A stretch of DNA of 63,895 bases, filler included, from Nitrospirae bacterium CG2_30_53_67 (GCA_001873285.1; 7 parts of 7 records of this genome joined end to end with filler, not necessarily neighbours in it); one strand, 5' to 3'; counted from the whole stretch's first letter, positions 20,106 to 28,955 are shown. Notes: generated from the sequence alone by a model not told the origin. Numbers and translations: made by a program.

Positions 20106-20450
20106 CTATCCGACCTCCATCTCCTTGACGCGGAGTTCGTTCCCGGAGATGAGCTCGGACGAGATGCTCCCGCAATGGGTGCAGGTCATCTTGAATCCGC
20201 CGGCATTATATTCGGTCGAACAGGATAGGCATCTGACCTTAAGAGGAATCGATGTAATGGAAAGTTTCGCCCCTTGTGCAAGGGTATCCTGACTTAATTG
20301 TTCAAAATGAGTCTGCATTTCCTTGGTATCCAGGCCGCTCAGTTCACCGACCTCAATGACGACCCTGGTGATGCGGCTGGCTCCTTCGGCCTGGGCTTTT
20401 TCAATCAACTGTTTTAAGATCTCTCTGGTTACGGTCAGGCCGTCCATCAT
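20106..20450 (-). CDS. hypA: HypA/HybF-like metallochaperone with atypical N-terminus
   Basis: VGELSG, T.AQGAKL.I, CLSC...CTHCGS, SGNEL.V..MEV. Confidence 0.8.
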   Translation of the reverse strand: MMDGLTVTREILKQLIEKAQAEGASRITRVVIEVGELSGLDTKEMQTHFEQLSQDTLAQGAKLSITSIPLKVRCLSCSTEYNAGGFKMTCTHCGSISSELISGNELRVKEMEVG

Positions 20451-20473
20451 ACCCTTTCATGATGATTTTTTAT

Positions 20474-20762
20474 GGTTCTTCTCCCATCTAGTGGGTAAAA
20501 AGGGTTCGAGGATTCCAGGGTTCAAGGGGTCAAGTGAAATACTGAAACGCAAGCAAAATCTCCAGAGAAAAACACTGGAACCCTTGATCCCAAGATGCCT
20601 TAGTGTAGTAGCCGTCGCAGACGGCAAGGATAAAGAAAAACGGGACACACGAAGCGTAACCCTATGACCCTCGGCCCCTTATGTTTTTAGCACTTCACTT
20701 GACCCCTGGAATCCTTGACCCCTTGACCCCTGATGTTTTCACACACTCTTTTGGAGATGATC
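20474..20762. mobile_element. Octamer-repeat element copy D (complete, with ~71-bp passenger at 20588-20658)
   Basis: Near-identical to copy C plus an insert containing the GCCGTC-GCA-GACGGC hairpin. Confidence 0.8.
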
Positions 20763-20816
20763 TTTTTTGTTATTATTATACCATAAATCAGGGAGACAAT
20801 CCAATCCCCCGGTATT

Positions 20817-20916
20817 NNNNNNNNNNNNNNNNNNNNNNNNNNNNNNNNNNNNNNNNNNNNTTAATTAATTAANNNNNNNNNNNNNNNNNNNNNNNNNNNN
20901 NNNNNNNNNNNNNNNN
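20817..20916. other. Artificial contig linker
   Basis: N-run with TTAATTAATTAA. Confidence 0.98.
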
Positions 20917-21019
20917 AGTGTTTTTCTCTGGAGATTTTGCTTGCATTTCAGTATTTCACTTGAATCCTTGATCCCTTTGACCCTTGAACCCTTTTTACCC
21001 ACTAAATGGGAGAAGAACC
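20917..21019. repeat. Octamer-repeat element copy E (partial, inverted, at contig start)
   Basis: Reverse complement of the left half of copy C, ending GGGAGAAGAACC. Confidence 0.8.
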
Positions 21020-21132
21020 TAAAATTCCAGGTGTCGAGGCATCCTGTCAGAGCGGTTAAATCGGAATGCCCGAAGAAGAAGCAACATAAACCATGAGGCG
21101 TCAGGGATGACGCGGTCAGGAGGAGATCACCC

Positions 21133-21702
21133 ATGCTGAGAGATCTGGTTATTAAAAACAGGAGTTACCGCCGGTTTTATGAAAAAGAGAAGATTAGTCT
21201 TCGGACCTTGAAGGATCTTGTCGATCTGGCGAGGCACTCGGCTGCCGCGGCCAATCTCCAGCCCTTGAAATATCTCCTCTCCTCGGATAAAAAAAAGAAT
21301 GATCTGATCTTTCCTCACCTGGCTTGGGCCGGATATCTCAGAGACTGGCCCGGGCCCAAGCCGGGGGAGCGGCCTTCGGCCTATATTCTGGTCCTGGGCG
21401 ACACAGAGATTGCCAAGAACTTCGGTTGCGATCACGGGATCGCGGCCCAGAGCATCCTCCTGGGGGCCGTGGAAAAAGGGCTGGGGGGGTGTATCATCGG
21501 TTCCATCCAACGGGAAAAACTGCGCAAGGCGCTGAAGATTCCGGACAGGTACAAGATTCTTCTGGCCATCGCCCTGGGCAGACCCAAAGAGACTGTGGTG
21601 ATCGAAACCGTGGGGCCGGATGGGAACATCAAATACTGGCGGGATGAGAACGGGATCCATCATGTGCCCAAAAGATCTCTCAAGGAAATCATAATAAGAT
21701 AG
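21133..21702 (+). CDS. Nitroreductase family protein
   Basis: NRSYRRF, SAAAANLQPL, WAGYL.DW.GP..GERP, HVPKRSL; AGGAG RBS. Confidence 0.9.
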   Translation: MLRDLVIKNRSYRRFYEKEKISLRTLKDLVDLARHSAAAANLQPLKYLLSSDKKKNDLIFPHLAWAGYLRDWPGPKPGERPSAYILVLGDTEIAKNFGCDHGIAAQSILLGAVEKGLGGCIIGSIQREKLRKALKIPDRYKILLAIALGRPKETVVIETVGPDGNIKYWRDENGIHHVPKRSLKEIIIR

Positions 21703-21789
21703 AATATTTCCATACAAAAGTCCGCCTGTCCGTAAATAGTATTGCATTCCTATTTATTCTCTGATATGGTAGGATCGTATTCCTATCAC

Positions 21790-22539
21790 CGACAAGGCCC
21801 TCTACATTCAGGCAGACCATTTCCTGCTCGGTGACCGCAGTCTCTACGAAATCGCGGAAGAATTCCAGCATCTGGGCGGTGAACGGATCTGCCTCGACGA
21901 AATCCACAAGTACCCCAACTGGGCCGCTGAACTCAAAAGCATCAACGATACATTCCCCAAGCTCAGGATCATCGCCTCCGGAAGCTCGGCCCTTGAGATC
22001 CATCGGGGAAGCCATGATCTCAGCAGGAGGGCCGTCATGTATCGAATGAACGGCATGTCGTTTCGGGAATTCATCGAGGTGACGCAGGACGTCGCCCTCC
22101 GGAGCTTCAAGCTCGACGAGATTCTCAGCTCGACGTGGGAGACGAACGAACGCTCAAAACCTATCTGAAATACCTGGAAGATGCGGGGATCATTCTCACC
22201 GTTTCCAAAAGCGGCAGGGGGCTCCGGGAGCTTGAGAAGCCGGAAAAGATCTACCTGAACAATCCGAACCTGAGTCATGCCATTGCCGGCCATGCGCCTG
22301 CCGAGAAAGGGAATATACGGGAAACGTTCTTCATCAACATGACCCATACCCTGCACAAGGTCACGGCTCATGAACAGGGGGATTTTTTCCTGGATGGGAA
22401 ATATGCATTCGAGATCGGCGGAAATAACAAGGGCACCGCACAGATCAGAGAAGTCAAGAATGCATTCCTGGCAGTGGACAATATCGAAATCGGCGTAGGA
22501 AACAGGATCCCTCTCTGGCTGTTCGGGTTCTTGTATTGA
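21790..22539 (+). pseudogene. AAA_14/DUF4143-like ATPase pseudogene (N-terminus lost, internal deletion with frameshift near 22130)
   Basis: First frame: ICLDEIHKYPNW..ELK, SGSS.L, DLSRR, MSFREF; second frame: KPEKIYLNNPNL, GNIRETFF, FEIGG, IPLWLFGFLY; no Walker A seen. Confidence 0.75.
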
Positions 22540-22624
22540 CAGGCAAGAAAGCAAAAGGTTATTTTTCACTCAATTTCAAAAGCACAACAAGTGAAATCAA
22601 ACCACACGGCGCTTTTGAAATTAC

Positions 22625-22720
22625 TAAAGGGGACAGATTTATTTTCTTGCCCCCTTTGCGCCGCGCGGTGCGGATGAACTCCCATTTCCCCTCCGCAAGA
22701 AAATAAATCTGTTCCCTTTA
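22625..22720. repeat. 96-bp element with 26-bp terminal inverted repeats
   Basis: TAAAGGGGACAGATTTATTTTCTTGC / GCAAGAAAATAAATCTGTTCCCTTTA (1 mismatch). Confidence 0.75.
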
Positions 22721-22819
22721 TCCTGCCAGTAAAAACGTTATTTATCATAGGATTAGGTCGTACTTATCCCAAACCTTCCGGTTAAACCAATCTTTTAATA
22801 GCAGGGTGTTAAAAAAGAC

Positions 22820-22874
22820 TTGACATTAGTTGCTGACTCGGTTAAAGTAATTCCTACTTAACAGATAGGAATTA
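22820..22874 (+). promoter_or_regulatory. Sigma70 promoter with adjacent palindromic operator (probable Rrf2 site)
   Basis: TTGACA-17-TAAAGT, then TAATTCCTA-N9-TAGGAATTA (22848-22874). Confidence 0.7.
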
Positions 22875-22901
22875 TAAGAAAACAATTCCTGAAGGTATTT
22901 T

Positions 22902-23345
22902 ATGAGGCTTTCTACCAGAGGGAGATACGGAGTAAGGTTCATGATGGATCTTGCCATCCATTTCGGCAACGGTCCGATTCTTTTAAGAGAGGTATCGGAA
23001 AGGCAGGGGATCTCCACAAAATATCTGGAACAGTTGATCCGCTCCCTGAAAACAGCGGGACTGGTGAAAAGCACACGAGGGCCTCATGGCGGATATCATC
23101 TGACCAAGCCTTCTTCGGAGATCACGCTGTACGACGTGGTCCGGACATTGGAAGGTCCTATCGCCATGGCGGAATGTGTTGAAGACCCCGGTTCATGTCC
23201 CCGATCGGATGCATGTGCCGCCCGTGAATGCTGGGCCGAGGTGAGCGGAAAGATTGTGGAGATATTAAGTGCGATGACTCTGAAGGAGATTGCGGAGCGC
23301 CAGCGGGAACTCGATAGAGTTCACGCCGTGATGTATCATATATAA
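22902..23345 (+). CDS. Rrf2-family transcriptional regulator (IscR/CymR-like)
   Basis: LSTRGRYG, IS.KYLEQL, STRGPHGGY.L, LEGP; C-x6-C-x5-C motif. Confidence 0.92.
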   Translation: MRLSTRGRYGVRFMMDLAIHFGNGPILLREVSERQGISTKYLEQLIRSLKTAGLVKSTRGPHGGYHLTKPSSEITLYDVVRTLEGPIAMAECVEDPGSCPRSDACAARECWAEVSGKIVEILSAMTLKEIAERQRELDRVHAVMYHI

Positions 23346-23396
23346 TTTGTATGCCTATGCATAGAGTAATAAATAAATTAAAAGAAGGGAAAGATT

Positions 23397-24647
23397 ATGG
23401 GATATGTAAAAGGTCTGAAGTGCAGGGAATGCGGAAGGGAATATCCCAAGGGACCGGCGAATATCTGTGAATTCTGTTTCGGCCCGCTGGAGGTGACCTA
23501 CCAGTACGATGAGATCCGGAAGGTCCTCTCACGTGAGGTGATTGCCTCCCGCCCCCCGAATATGTGGCGCTATGCCGAACTCATGCCGCTGGACAACGCG
23601 CCTACGGTAGGTTTTGATGTGGGTTTCACCCCCCTGGTTCGGGCGCACAATCTGGGCCGTGCCTTGGGGGTTTCGGAACTTTACCTGAAAAATGATGCCG
23701 TAAACCATCCCACCCTTTCCTTCAAGGATCGTGTGGTTGCGGTTGCGGTTTCCAAGGCCAGGGAATTCGGCTTCGATACCGTGGCCTGCGCATCCACCGG
23801 GAACCTGGCCAATGCCGTGGCCGCCTCCGCCGCTTCTGCCGGCCTGAACAGCTATATCTTCATCCCCTCGGATCTGGAGCAGGGGAAGATCATCGGCACC
23901 CAGGTCTTCGGCACCCATCTGGTCGGTGTGCTGGGGAGTTATGATGACGTCAACCGTTTGTGCACGGAGATTGCGGACCGGTACCGCTGGGCCTTTGTGA
24001 ACATCAACATCAGACCCTTCTACGCCGAAGGGTCCAAGACCTTCGGGTACGAGATCATGGAGCAGATGGGGTGGCGGGTCCCGAAACACATTGTGGTTCC
24101 CATGGCCGGCGGGTCCTTGATCACCAAGATCCGTAAGTCCTTCAAAGAGTTTAAGGAGATCGGCTTGGTTGAACCTGAATCATGCGGCACCCGGTTTTAT
24201 GGCGCCCAGGCCGCCGGATGCTCTCCGATTGTGACGGCGGTCAAGAACGGGACCGATCTTTTCAAGCCCGTGAAGCCGCACACCATTGCAAAATCCCTGG
24301 CCATCGGGAATCCGGCGGATGGTTTCTACGCCATCCATGCCATCAAAGAGTCGGGGGGATGGGCTGAGGAGGTCACAGATGAGGAGATCGTCCAAGGGAT
24401 CAAACTGCTGGCTGAAACCGAGGGGGTTTTCACGGAAACGGCCGGCGGGGTGACCGTGGGCGTGGCCAAGAAGCTGATTGAGCAGGGACGGATCCCGAAA
24501 GATGAGTCCATCGTGATCTCCATCACGGGAAACGGGCTCAAGACCCAGGAGGCCTTGATCGGGAAGGTCAAGGCGCATCAGGTGATTGATTCGAAATTGT
24601 CGTCCTTCGAGGCCCTTTTACTGGAAAAAGAAGCGAAGGTATGGTAA
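23397..24647 (+). CDS. Threonine-synthase-like fold-type II PLP enzyme
   Basis: N-terminal CRECG/CEFC zinc ribbon, PTLSFKDR (PLP Lys), ASTGN, EGSKT, TGNGLK. Confidence 0.88.
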   Translation: MGYVKGLKCRECGREYPKGPANICEFCFGPLEVTYQYDEIRKVLSREVIASRPPNMWRYAELMPLDNAPTVGFDVGFTPLVRAHNLGRALGVSELYLKNDAVNHPTLSFKDRVVAVAVSKAREFGFDTVACASTGNLANAVAASAASAGLNSYIFIPSDLEQGKIIGTQVFGTHLVGVLGSYDDVNRLCTEIADRYRWAFVNINIRPFYAEGSKTFGYEIMEQMGWRVPKHIVVPMAGGSLITKIRKSFKEFKEIGLVEPESCGTRFYGAQAAGCSPIVTAVKNGTDLFKPVKPHTIAKSLAIGNPADGFYAIHAIKESGGWAEEVTDEEIVQGIKLLAETEGVFTETAGGVTVGVAKKLIEQGRIPKDESIVISITGNGLKTQEALIGKVKAHQVIDSKLSSFEALLLEKEAKVW

Positions 24648-24684
24648 AAGAAACAAAACAACACGACTTGTTGAGGAGGAAAGG

Positions 24685-24960
24685 ATGAAGGTGAATGTGA
24701 GGATTCCGACGCCATTGAGGTCATTGACCCATGGCCAGGCAGAGGTTCCCATTGAAGGAAAGACCGTCCAGGAACTCGTAGAAAATCTGGAGAAGGCCTA
24801 TCCGGGGATCAAGGAGAGGATCTGTGATGAACAGGGGAACCTGAGACGTTTTGTCAACCTTTACCTGAATGATGAGGACGTCCGTTTTCTGAAGAATCTT
24901 TCGACCGAGGTTCGTGACGGGGACGGGCTTTCCATTGTTCCGGCCATTGCTGGAGGTTAA
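24685..24960 (+). CDS. MoaD/ThiS/CysO-like ubiquitin-fold sulfur carrier
   Basis: IPTPLR, RRFVNLYLNDEDVRF, C-terminus PAIAGG; GAGGAGG RBS. Confidence 0.9.
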   Translation: MKVNVRIPTPLRSLTHGQAEVPIEGKTVQELVENLEKAYPGIKERICDEQGNLRRFVNLYLNDEDVRFLKNLSTEVRDGDGLSIVPAIAGG

Positions 24961-24961
24961 G

Positions 24962-25198
24962 ATGAGAAGAAAGGTCTATTTGACCTTCCCAAGGCATTTG
25001 ATACAGAAGTCTCTGATATACCAAGTGGGTCATCAATTCGAGGTGGTGACCAATATCCGGTGTGCCAGTGTGACCGAAGATCTCGGGCTGGTCGGCCTGG
25101 AGTTCGAAGGGGAGCCGTCGGAGATCAAAGCGGCCCTGAATTTTTTAGAGGCCGAAGGGGTCAAGGTTGAACCGGTGGTTATGGATGTGGTGGAGTAA
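24962..25198 (+). CDS. NIL-domain protein (copy 1)
   Basis: LTFP..LI...IY..G..F.VVTNIR.ASV, LE.EG, GVKVE. Confidence 0.8.
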   Translation: MRRKVYLTFPRHLIQKSLIYQVGHQFEVVTNIRCASVTEDLGLVGLEFEGEPSEIKAALNFLEAEGVKVEPVVMDVVE

Positions 25199-25206
25199 AT
25201 TTTAAT

Positions 25207-25521
25207 AAAAACATCAGGGGTCAAGGGGTCAAGGATTCGAGGGGTCAAGTGAAGTAGTAAAAACATAAGGAGCCGAGGGTCCTATGGTTACGCTTCGCGT
25301 GCACCGCTTTTCTATATTTTTGTCGTTAGATCCCGGCATCTCCTTGAATTTATTTTTGCCGGGCCGGGACCGTCTGTGACGGCTACTAGACTAAGACGTC
25401 TTGGGGGCAAGGGTTCCAGTGTTTTTCTCTGGAGATTTTGTTTGCGTTTCAGTATTTCACTTGACCTCTTGAACCCTGGAATCCTTGAACCCTTTTTTAT
25501 CTACTAAACGGGAGAAGAACC
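25207..25521. repeat. Octamer-repeat element copy F (inverted, with passenger and a further insert)
   Basis: Reverse complement of copy D with an extra ~45 bp inside the passenger. Confidence 0.8.
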
Positions 25522-25545
25522 TGTTTTTATATGAGGAATTGCAAC

Positions 25546-25770
25546 ATGTCTAAAAAGACCGTCCACCTGACCTTTCCCGAAGAACTTATTCAGGAGCCGG
25601 TCATCTACCGGATCGGGCATGAGTTCAGGGTCGTGACCAGCATCTTCCTTGCGTCTGTGGGTGAGAAAGAGGGGTGGATCGACCTCGGCCTGGAAGGGGA
25701 TGACCAAGAGATACAAAAATCCATTGAGTATATGAAAAGCATGGGTATACGCGTTGCGGAGAAGGCATAA
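25546..25770 (+). CDS. NIL-domain protein (copy 2; alternative start 25531)
   Basis: LTFPEELIQEPVIYRIGHEFRVVTSI..ASV; paralogue of 24962-25198. Confidence 0.8.
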   Translation: MSKKTVHLTFPEELIQEPVIYRIGHEFRVVTSIFLASVGEKEGWIDLGLEGDDQEIQKSIEYMKSMGIRVAEKA

Positions 25771-25796
25771 AAAAGGGTTTTGCGAAAGGGTCTGAG

Positions 25797-26603
25797 ATGT
25801 TCGATTTCAACGAGGAGGAAATCAGGCGCTACAGCCGGCATATCCTCCTTCCTGAGGTAGGCGGGAAAGGGCAGAAAAAAATCAATGGAGCGAGGGTCCT
25901 CCTGATCGGCGCCGGGGGGCTGGGCGCCCCGGTGGGATATTATCTCGCTGCGGCGGGCGTGGGAAAGATCGGGATCATGGACGGGGATCAGGTGGAACTC
26001 AGTAATCTGCAGCGGCAGATCGTTCACAGCACCGAAGACCTGGGAAAGAACAAGGCTGTTTCAGCCCAGGAGACGCTCCTTGCCCTGAATCCATGCATCG
26101 AGGTCCTGACCTACCAGGAACGGGCCGCCTCGGAGAATATACTCGACATCATGGCGGATTACGATATCGTCGTGGATGGGAGCGACAATTTCCCGACCCG
26201 GTATCTGGTCAATGATGCCTGTGTGCTGACACGAAAGCCCCTTTCCCACGGGGCGGTTTTTCGGTTTCACGGCCAGGCCATGACCATTGTTCCGGGTGAA
26301 GGGCCTTGTTACCGCTGCCTGTTCCGCGAGCCTCCTCCGCCGGGCATGGTGGCCTCCTGTCAGGAGGCTGGTGTCCTCGGCGTTCTCCCCGGGCTGATCG
26401 GTCTGGTCCAGGCCACGGAGGTTTTGAAGCTGATTCTCGGTGTCGGCAGCGTGCTCAAGGGGCGTCTTCTGATCTATGAGGCCCTGGAGATGGAGTTTAA
26501 AAACATGAAGGTCAAGAGAGACCCGGACTGCCCGGTGTGCGGTGACCATCCGACCATCCGGTCGTTAATGGATTATGAGGAATTCTGCCGGGTGAACTTT
26601 TAA
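25797..26603 (+). CDS. MoeB/ThiF-family adenylyltransferase (no rhodanese domain)
   Basis: RYSRHILL, GAGGLG, SNLQRQ, DGSDNFPTRY, CYRC, SCQEAGV, CPVC. Confidence 0.92.
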   Translation: MFDFNEEEIRRYSRHILLPEVGGKGQKKINGARVLLIGAGGLGAPVGYYLAAAGVGKIGIMDGDQVELSNLQRQIVHSTEDLGKNKAVSAQETLLALNPCIEVLTYQERAASENILDIMADYDIVVDGSDNFPTRYLVNDACVLTRKPLSHGAVFRFHGQAMTIVPGEGPCYRCLFREPPPPGMVASCQEAGVLGVLPGLIGLVQATEVLKLILGVGSVLKGRLLIYEALEMEFKNMKVKRDPDCPVCGDHPTIRSLMDYEEFCRVNF

Positions 26604-26665
26604 TGATTTCCCCCGCTGGGACAGGATATAGGGCAGAGCCTTCCCGAGTTTTCGGTCTCCCTTCC

Positions 26666-27112
26666 ATGATTGAGATTCCTCACCGTCTGATCGAGAAGAT
26701 CCTCATGCATGCAGGAGAGCGTCATCCTGATGAATGCTGCGGGATCCTCATCGGGCGGGTACAGGGAGCGGAAGGAGTGAAAAGAGCGGAGGAAGTCCGG
26801 AGGACCGAGAACGCAGAAATCCACGGGCGGGATTCCTATCTGATCCATGGGCGGGAATTCCTAAGCGCAGACCGGGCCGCCCGAAGCCGGGGCCTGGAAA
26901 TCATCGGGTTTTATCACTCCCATCCCGGGTGCCCCTCAATTCCGTCGGAGAGGGACCATGCCCGGGCATGGCAGGGATACAGCTATCTGATCGTCTCTCT
27001 CAGGGAAAATGGAATGCCGGAATGCCGTTCCTGGGCCCTGGATGCGGATGGACGGCGGTTGAGAGAAGAAGAGATACGGGAAATTTTTGAAGACGGTTCA
27101 GGCGGCAAATGA
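26666..27112 (+). CDS. JAMM/MPN+ (M67, Mec-like) metalloprotease (alternative start 26603)
   Basis: P.ECCG.L.G and FYHSHP....PS..D JAMM motif. Confidence 0.88.
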   Translation: MIEIPHRLIEKILMHAGERHPDECCGILIGRVQGAEGVKRAEEVRRTENAEIHGRDSYLIHGREFLSADRAARSRGLEIIGFYHSHPGCPSIPSERDHARAWQGYSYLIVSLRENGMPECRSWALDADGRRLREEEIREIFEDGSGGK

Positions 27113-27435
27113 GCGAGAAAAAACAAGACAGGTCCAGGATCTGTATCCTGGTGGCCAGCAGCCCGGAAAGCGAGAATACCCGCACGCTCTTCAAGATCAC
27201 CGAAGCGGCGGTTGCCATGGGGCATCAGGTGGAAATCTTCCTGATGAGCGACGGCGTTTATCATATTCTTCATCATAATTTTTCGAATCTCATTGCGAAA
27301 GGGGCGGAAGTGGCCCTGTGTGCCTATGATGCCATGGAAAGAGGTCTCGATAAAAAAACCGGAATCCACTTCGGCAGCTACTATGATCTGGCCGTGATGG
27401 TTGCAAAGGCCGATGGTTTTCTGGCCCTGACCTGA
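27109..27435 (+). CDS. DsrE/TusD-family sulfur-relay protein
   Basis: IFLMSDGVY, VALCAYDAMERG, GSYYDLA.MV..AD. Confidence 0.8.
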   Translation: MSEKKQDRSRICILVASSPESENTRTLFKITEAAVAMGHQVEIFLMSDGVYHILHHNFSNLIAKGAEVALCAYDAMERGLDKKTGIHFGSYYDLAVMVAKADGFLALT

Positions 27436-27439
27436 CTAA

Positions 27440-27601
27440 GCGGCCCTATTCGTAAATACGGTGGCATTCGAGTGCCGCAGGGCGGCCTTCTCTCCGTTCC
27501 GCTCCTTGCGGTGTACCAGAGGGGTACGCCTCAGTCGCGCGCGGGGATGAGACCGCCCTGCGACCCTCTCGGTACGTCACCATATTTACGAACAGGGCCA
27601 C
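27440..27601. mobile_element. 162-bp MITE (second copy inverted at 55998-56159)
   Basis: TIRs GCGGCCCTATTCGTAAATA / TATTTACGAACAGGGCCAC. Confidence 0.8.
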
Positions 27602-27614
27602 CAAGGGGGATAAT

Positions 27615-27643
27615 GTGAAGAAAGTGACCACTGTGATCAGGCG
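27615..27643 (+). CDS. Start of next gene, possibly DsrE/DsrF-like (truncated by gap)
   Basis: GGGGGA RBS then (M)KKVTTVIR; only about 9 codons visible. Confidence 0.3.
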
Positions 27644-27743
27644 NNNNNNNNNNNNNNNNNNNNNNNNNNNNNNNNNNNNNNNNNNNNTTAATTAATTAAN
27701 NNNNNNNNNNNNNNNNNNNNNNNNNNNNNNNNNNNNNNNNNNN
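27644..27743. other. Artificial contig linker
   Basis: N-run with TTAATTAATTAA. Confidence 0.98.
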
Positions 27744-28709
27744 GACCTCTCCGATCCCAGACTGGACGTCTTGCTGGGAAGTCAGGCCGACGAACTGCGG
27801 GAGGATGCCGCTCTGCTCCAGAACGCCGCCAACCCCTTTGATTACCAGGGCTATCTCAAGGGGTATCAGACGCCTGTGTTTTTCGGAAGCGCTCTCAATA
27901 ACTTCGGCGTCAGAGAGCTGCTCGATTCATTCGTTGAGATGGCTCCTCCCCCCGGTCCGATGACCGCCCTGTCCCGTGAGGTGTCGCCCTACGAGGAGAC
28001 CTTTTCCGGGTTCGTCTTCAAGATCCAGGCCAACATGGATCCGGCCCACCGGGACCGCATCGCATTCCTTCGAATCTGTTCGGGCAGGTTCACACGGGGG
28101 ATGAAGGTCCGCCACCATCGGACCGGCAAGGAGATGACCCTCTCCAATGCCACCATCTTCATGGCCCAGGAGAGGACGCACGTGGAGGAGGCCTATGCCG
28201 GCGATATTATCGGCATCCACAATCATGGGACCATCAAGATCGGCGATACCTTTACGGACAAGGAACCCCTGCAGTTCACCGGTATCCCCAACTTTGCGCC
28301 GGAATACTTCCGGCGGGCCGTGCTGAAGAACCCGATCAAATCCAAGCAGCTTCGAACGGGATTGACCCAGTTGGCCGAGGAGGGAGCGGTACAGGTTTTC
28401 CGCCCGCTGATGGGGAATGACTATATTTTGGGGGCCGTCGGGGTTCTGCAGTTCGACGTGACCATGGCCCGTCTGAAGAACGAATACGGGGTCGAGGCCG
28501 CCTATGTCCCGACGGATTTCACCATGGCCCGGTGGATCGAGTACGATGACAAAAAGAAGCTGGAAGAATTTGTCAGGAAGAACCAGGCCAATCTGTCCTA
28601 CGACGCTGAAGGACATTTGGCGTATCTTGCCGCAAGCAAATGGAGCCTCGAGTTTGTCATGGAGAAGTGGCCGGGAATCACCTTCAGCAAGGTGAAGGAA
28701 CATCATTAG
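27744..28709 (+). CDS. prfC: Peptide chain release factor 3 (5' truncated)
   Basis: [50 protein letters not shown]. Confidence 0.95.
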   Translation, partial: DLSDPRLDVLLGSQADELREDAALLQNAANPFDYQGYLKGYQTPVFFGSALNNFGVRELLDSFVEMAPPPGPMTALSREVSPYEETFSGFVFKIQANMDPAHRDRIAFLRICSGRFTRGMKVRHHRTGKEMTLSNATIFMAQERTHVEEAYAGDIIGIHNHGTIKIGDTFTDKEPLQFTGIPNFAPEYFRRAVLKNPIKSKQLRTGLTQLAEEGAVQVFRPLMGNDYILGAVGVLQFDVTMARLKNEYGVEAAYVPTDFTMARWIEYDDKKKLEEFVRKNQANLSYDAEGHLAYLAASKWSLEFVMEKWPGITFSKVKEHH

Positions 28710-28955
28710 ACGACGCCTCACAGGGCGGCTCTTCCTGTTTCATCCGACCTCAACTTCTTTTCAATACCTGCGGCAATTTTCTACAACCGTCCGGTTCCGC
28801 TAAAAAGGATTTTTTACCTCTTGACAGGGGGCCTTTCAATGGGTGAACATGTCAGGCGCCGAAACGGCGGTCATGCATATAAGGAGAGCCTATATCCGGA
28901 TGCTTTGTGAAGACAAGGCGGCTCGGGCAAGCCTTGAGAAGGCGATGGGGGAGAG

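Noticed and set aside
24685..27112. Ubl-E1-JAMM genes as an anti-phage ubiquitination system (Bil or CBASS-like)
   Set aside because: No E2 or CD-NTase; the MoaD-type carrier with PLP enzyme, DsrE and Rrf2 points to sulfur metabolism
28821..28955. Riboswitch upstream of the MacA-like gene
   Set aside because: Short hairpins follow a TTGACA box, but I recognise no aptamer consensus
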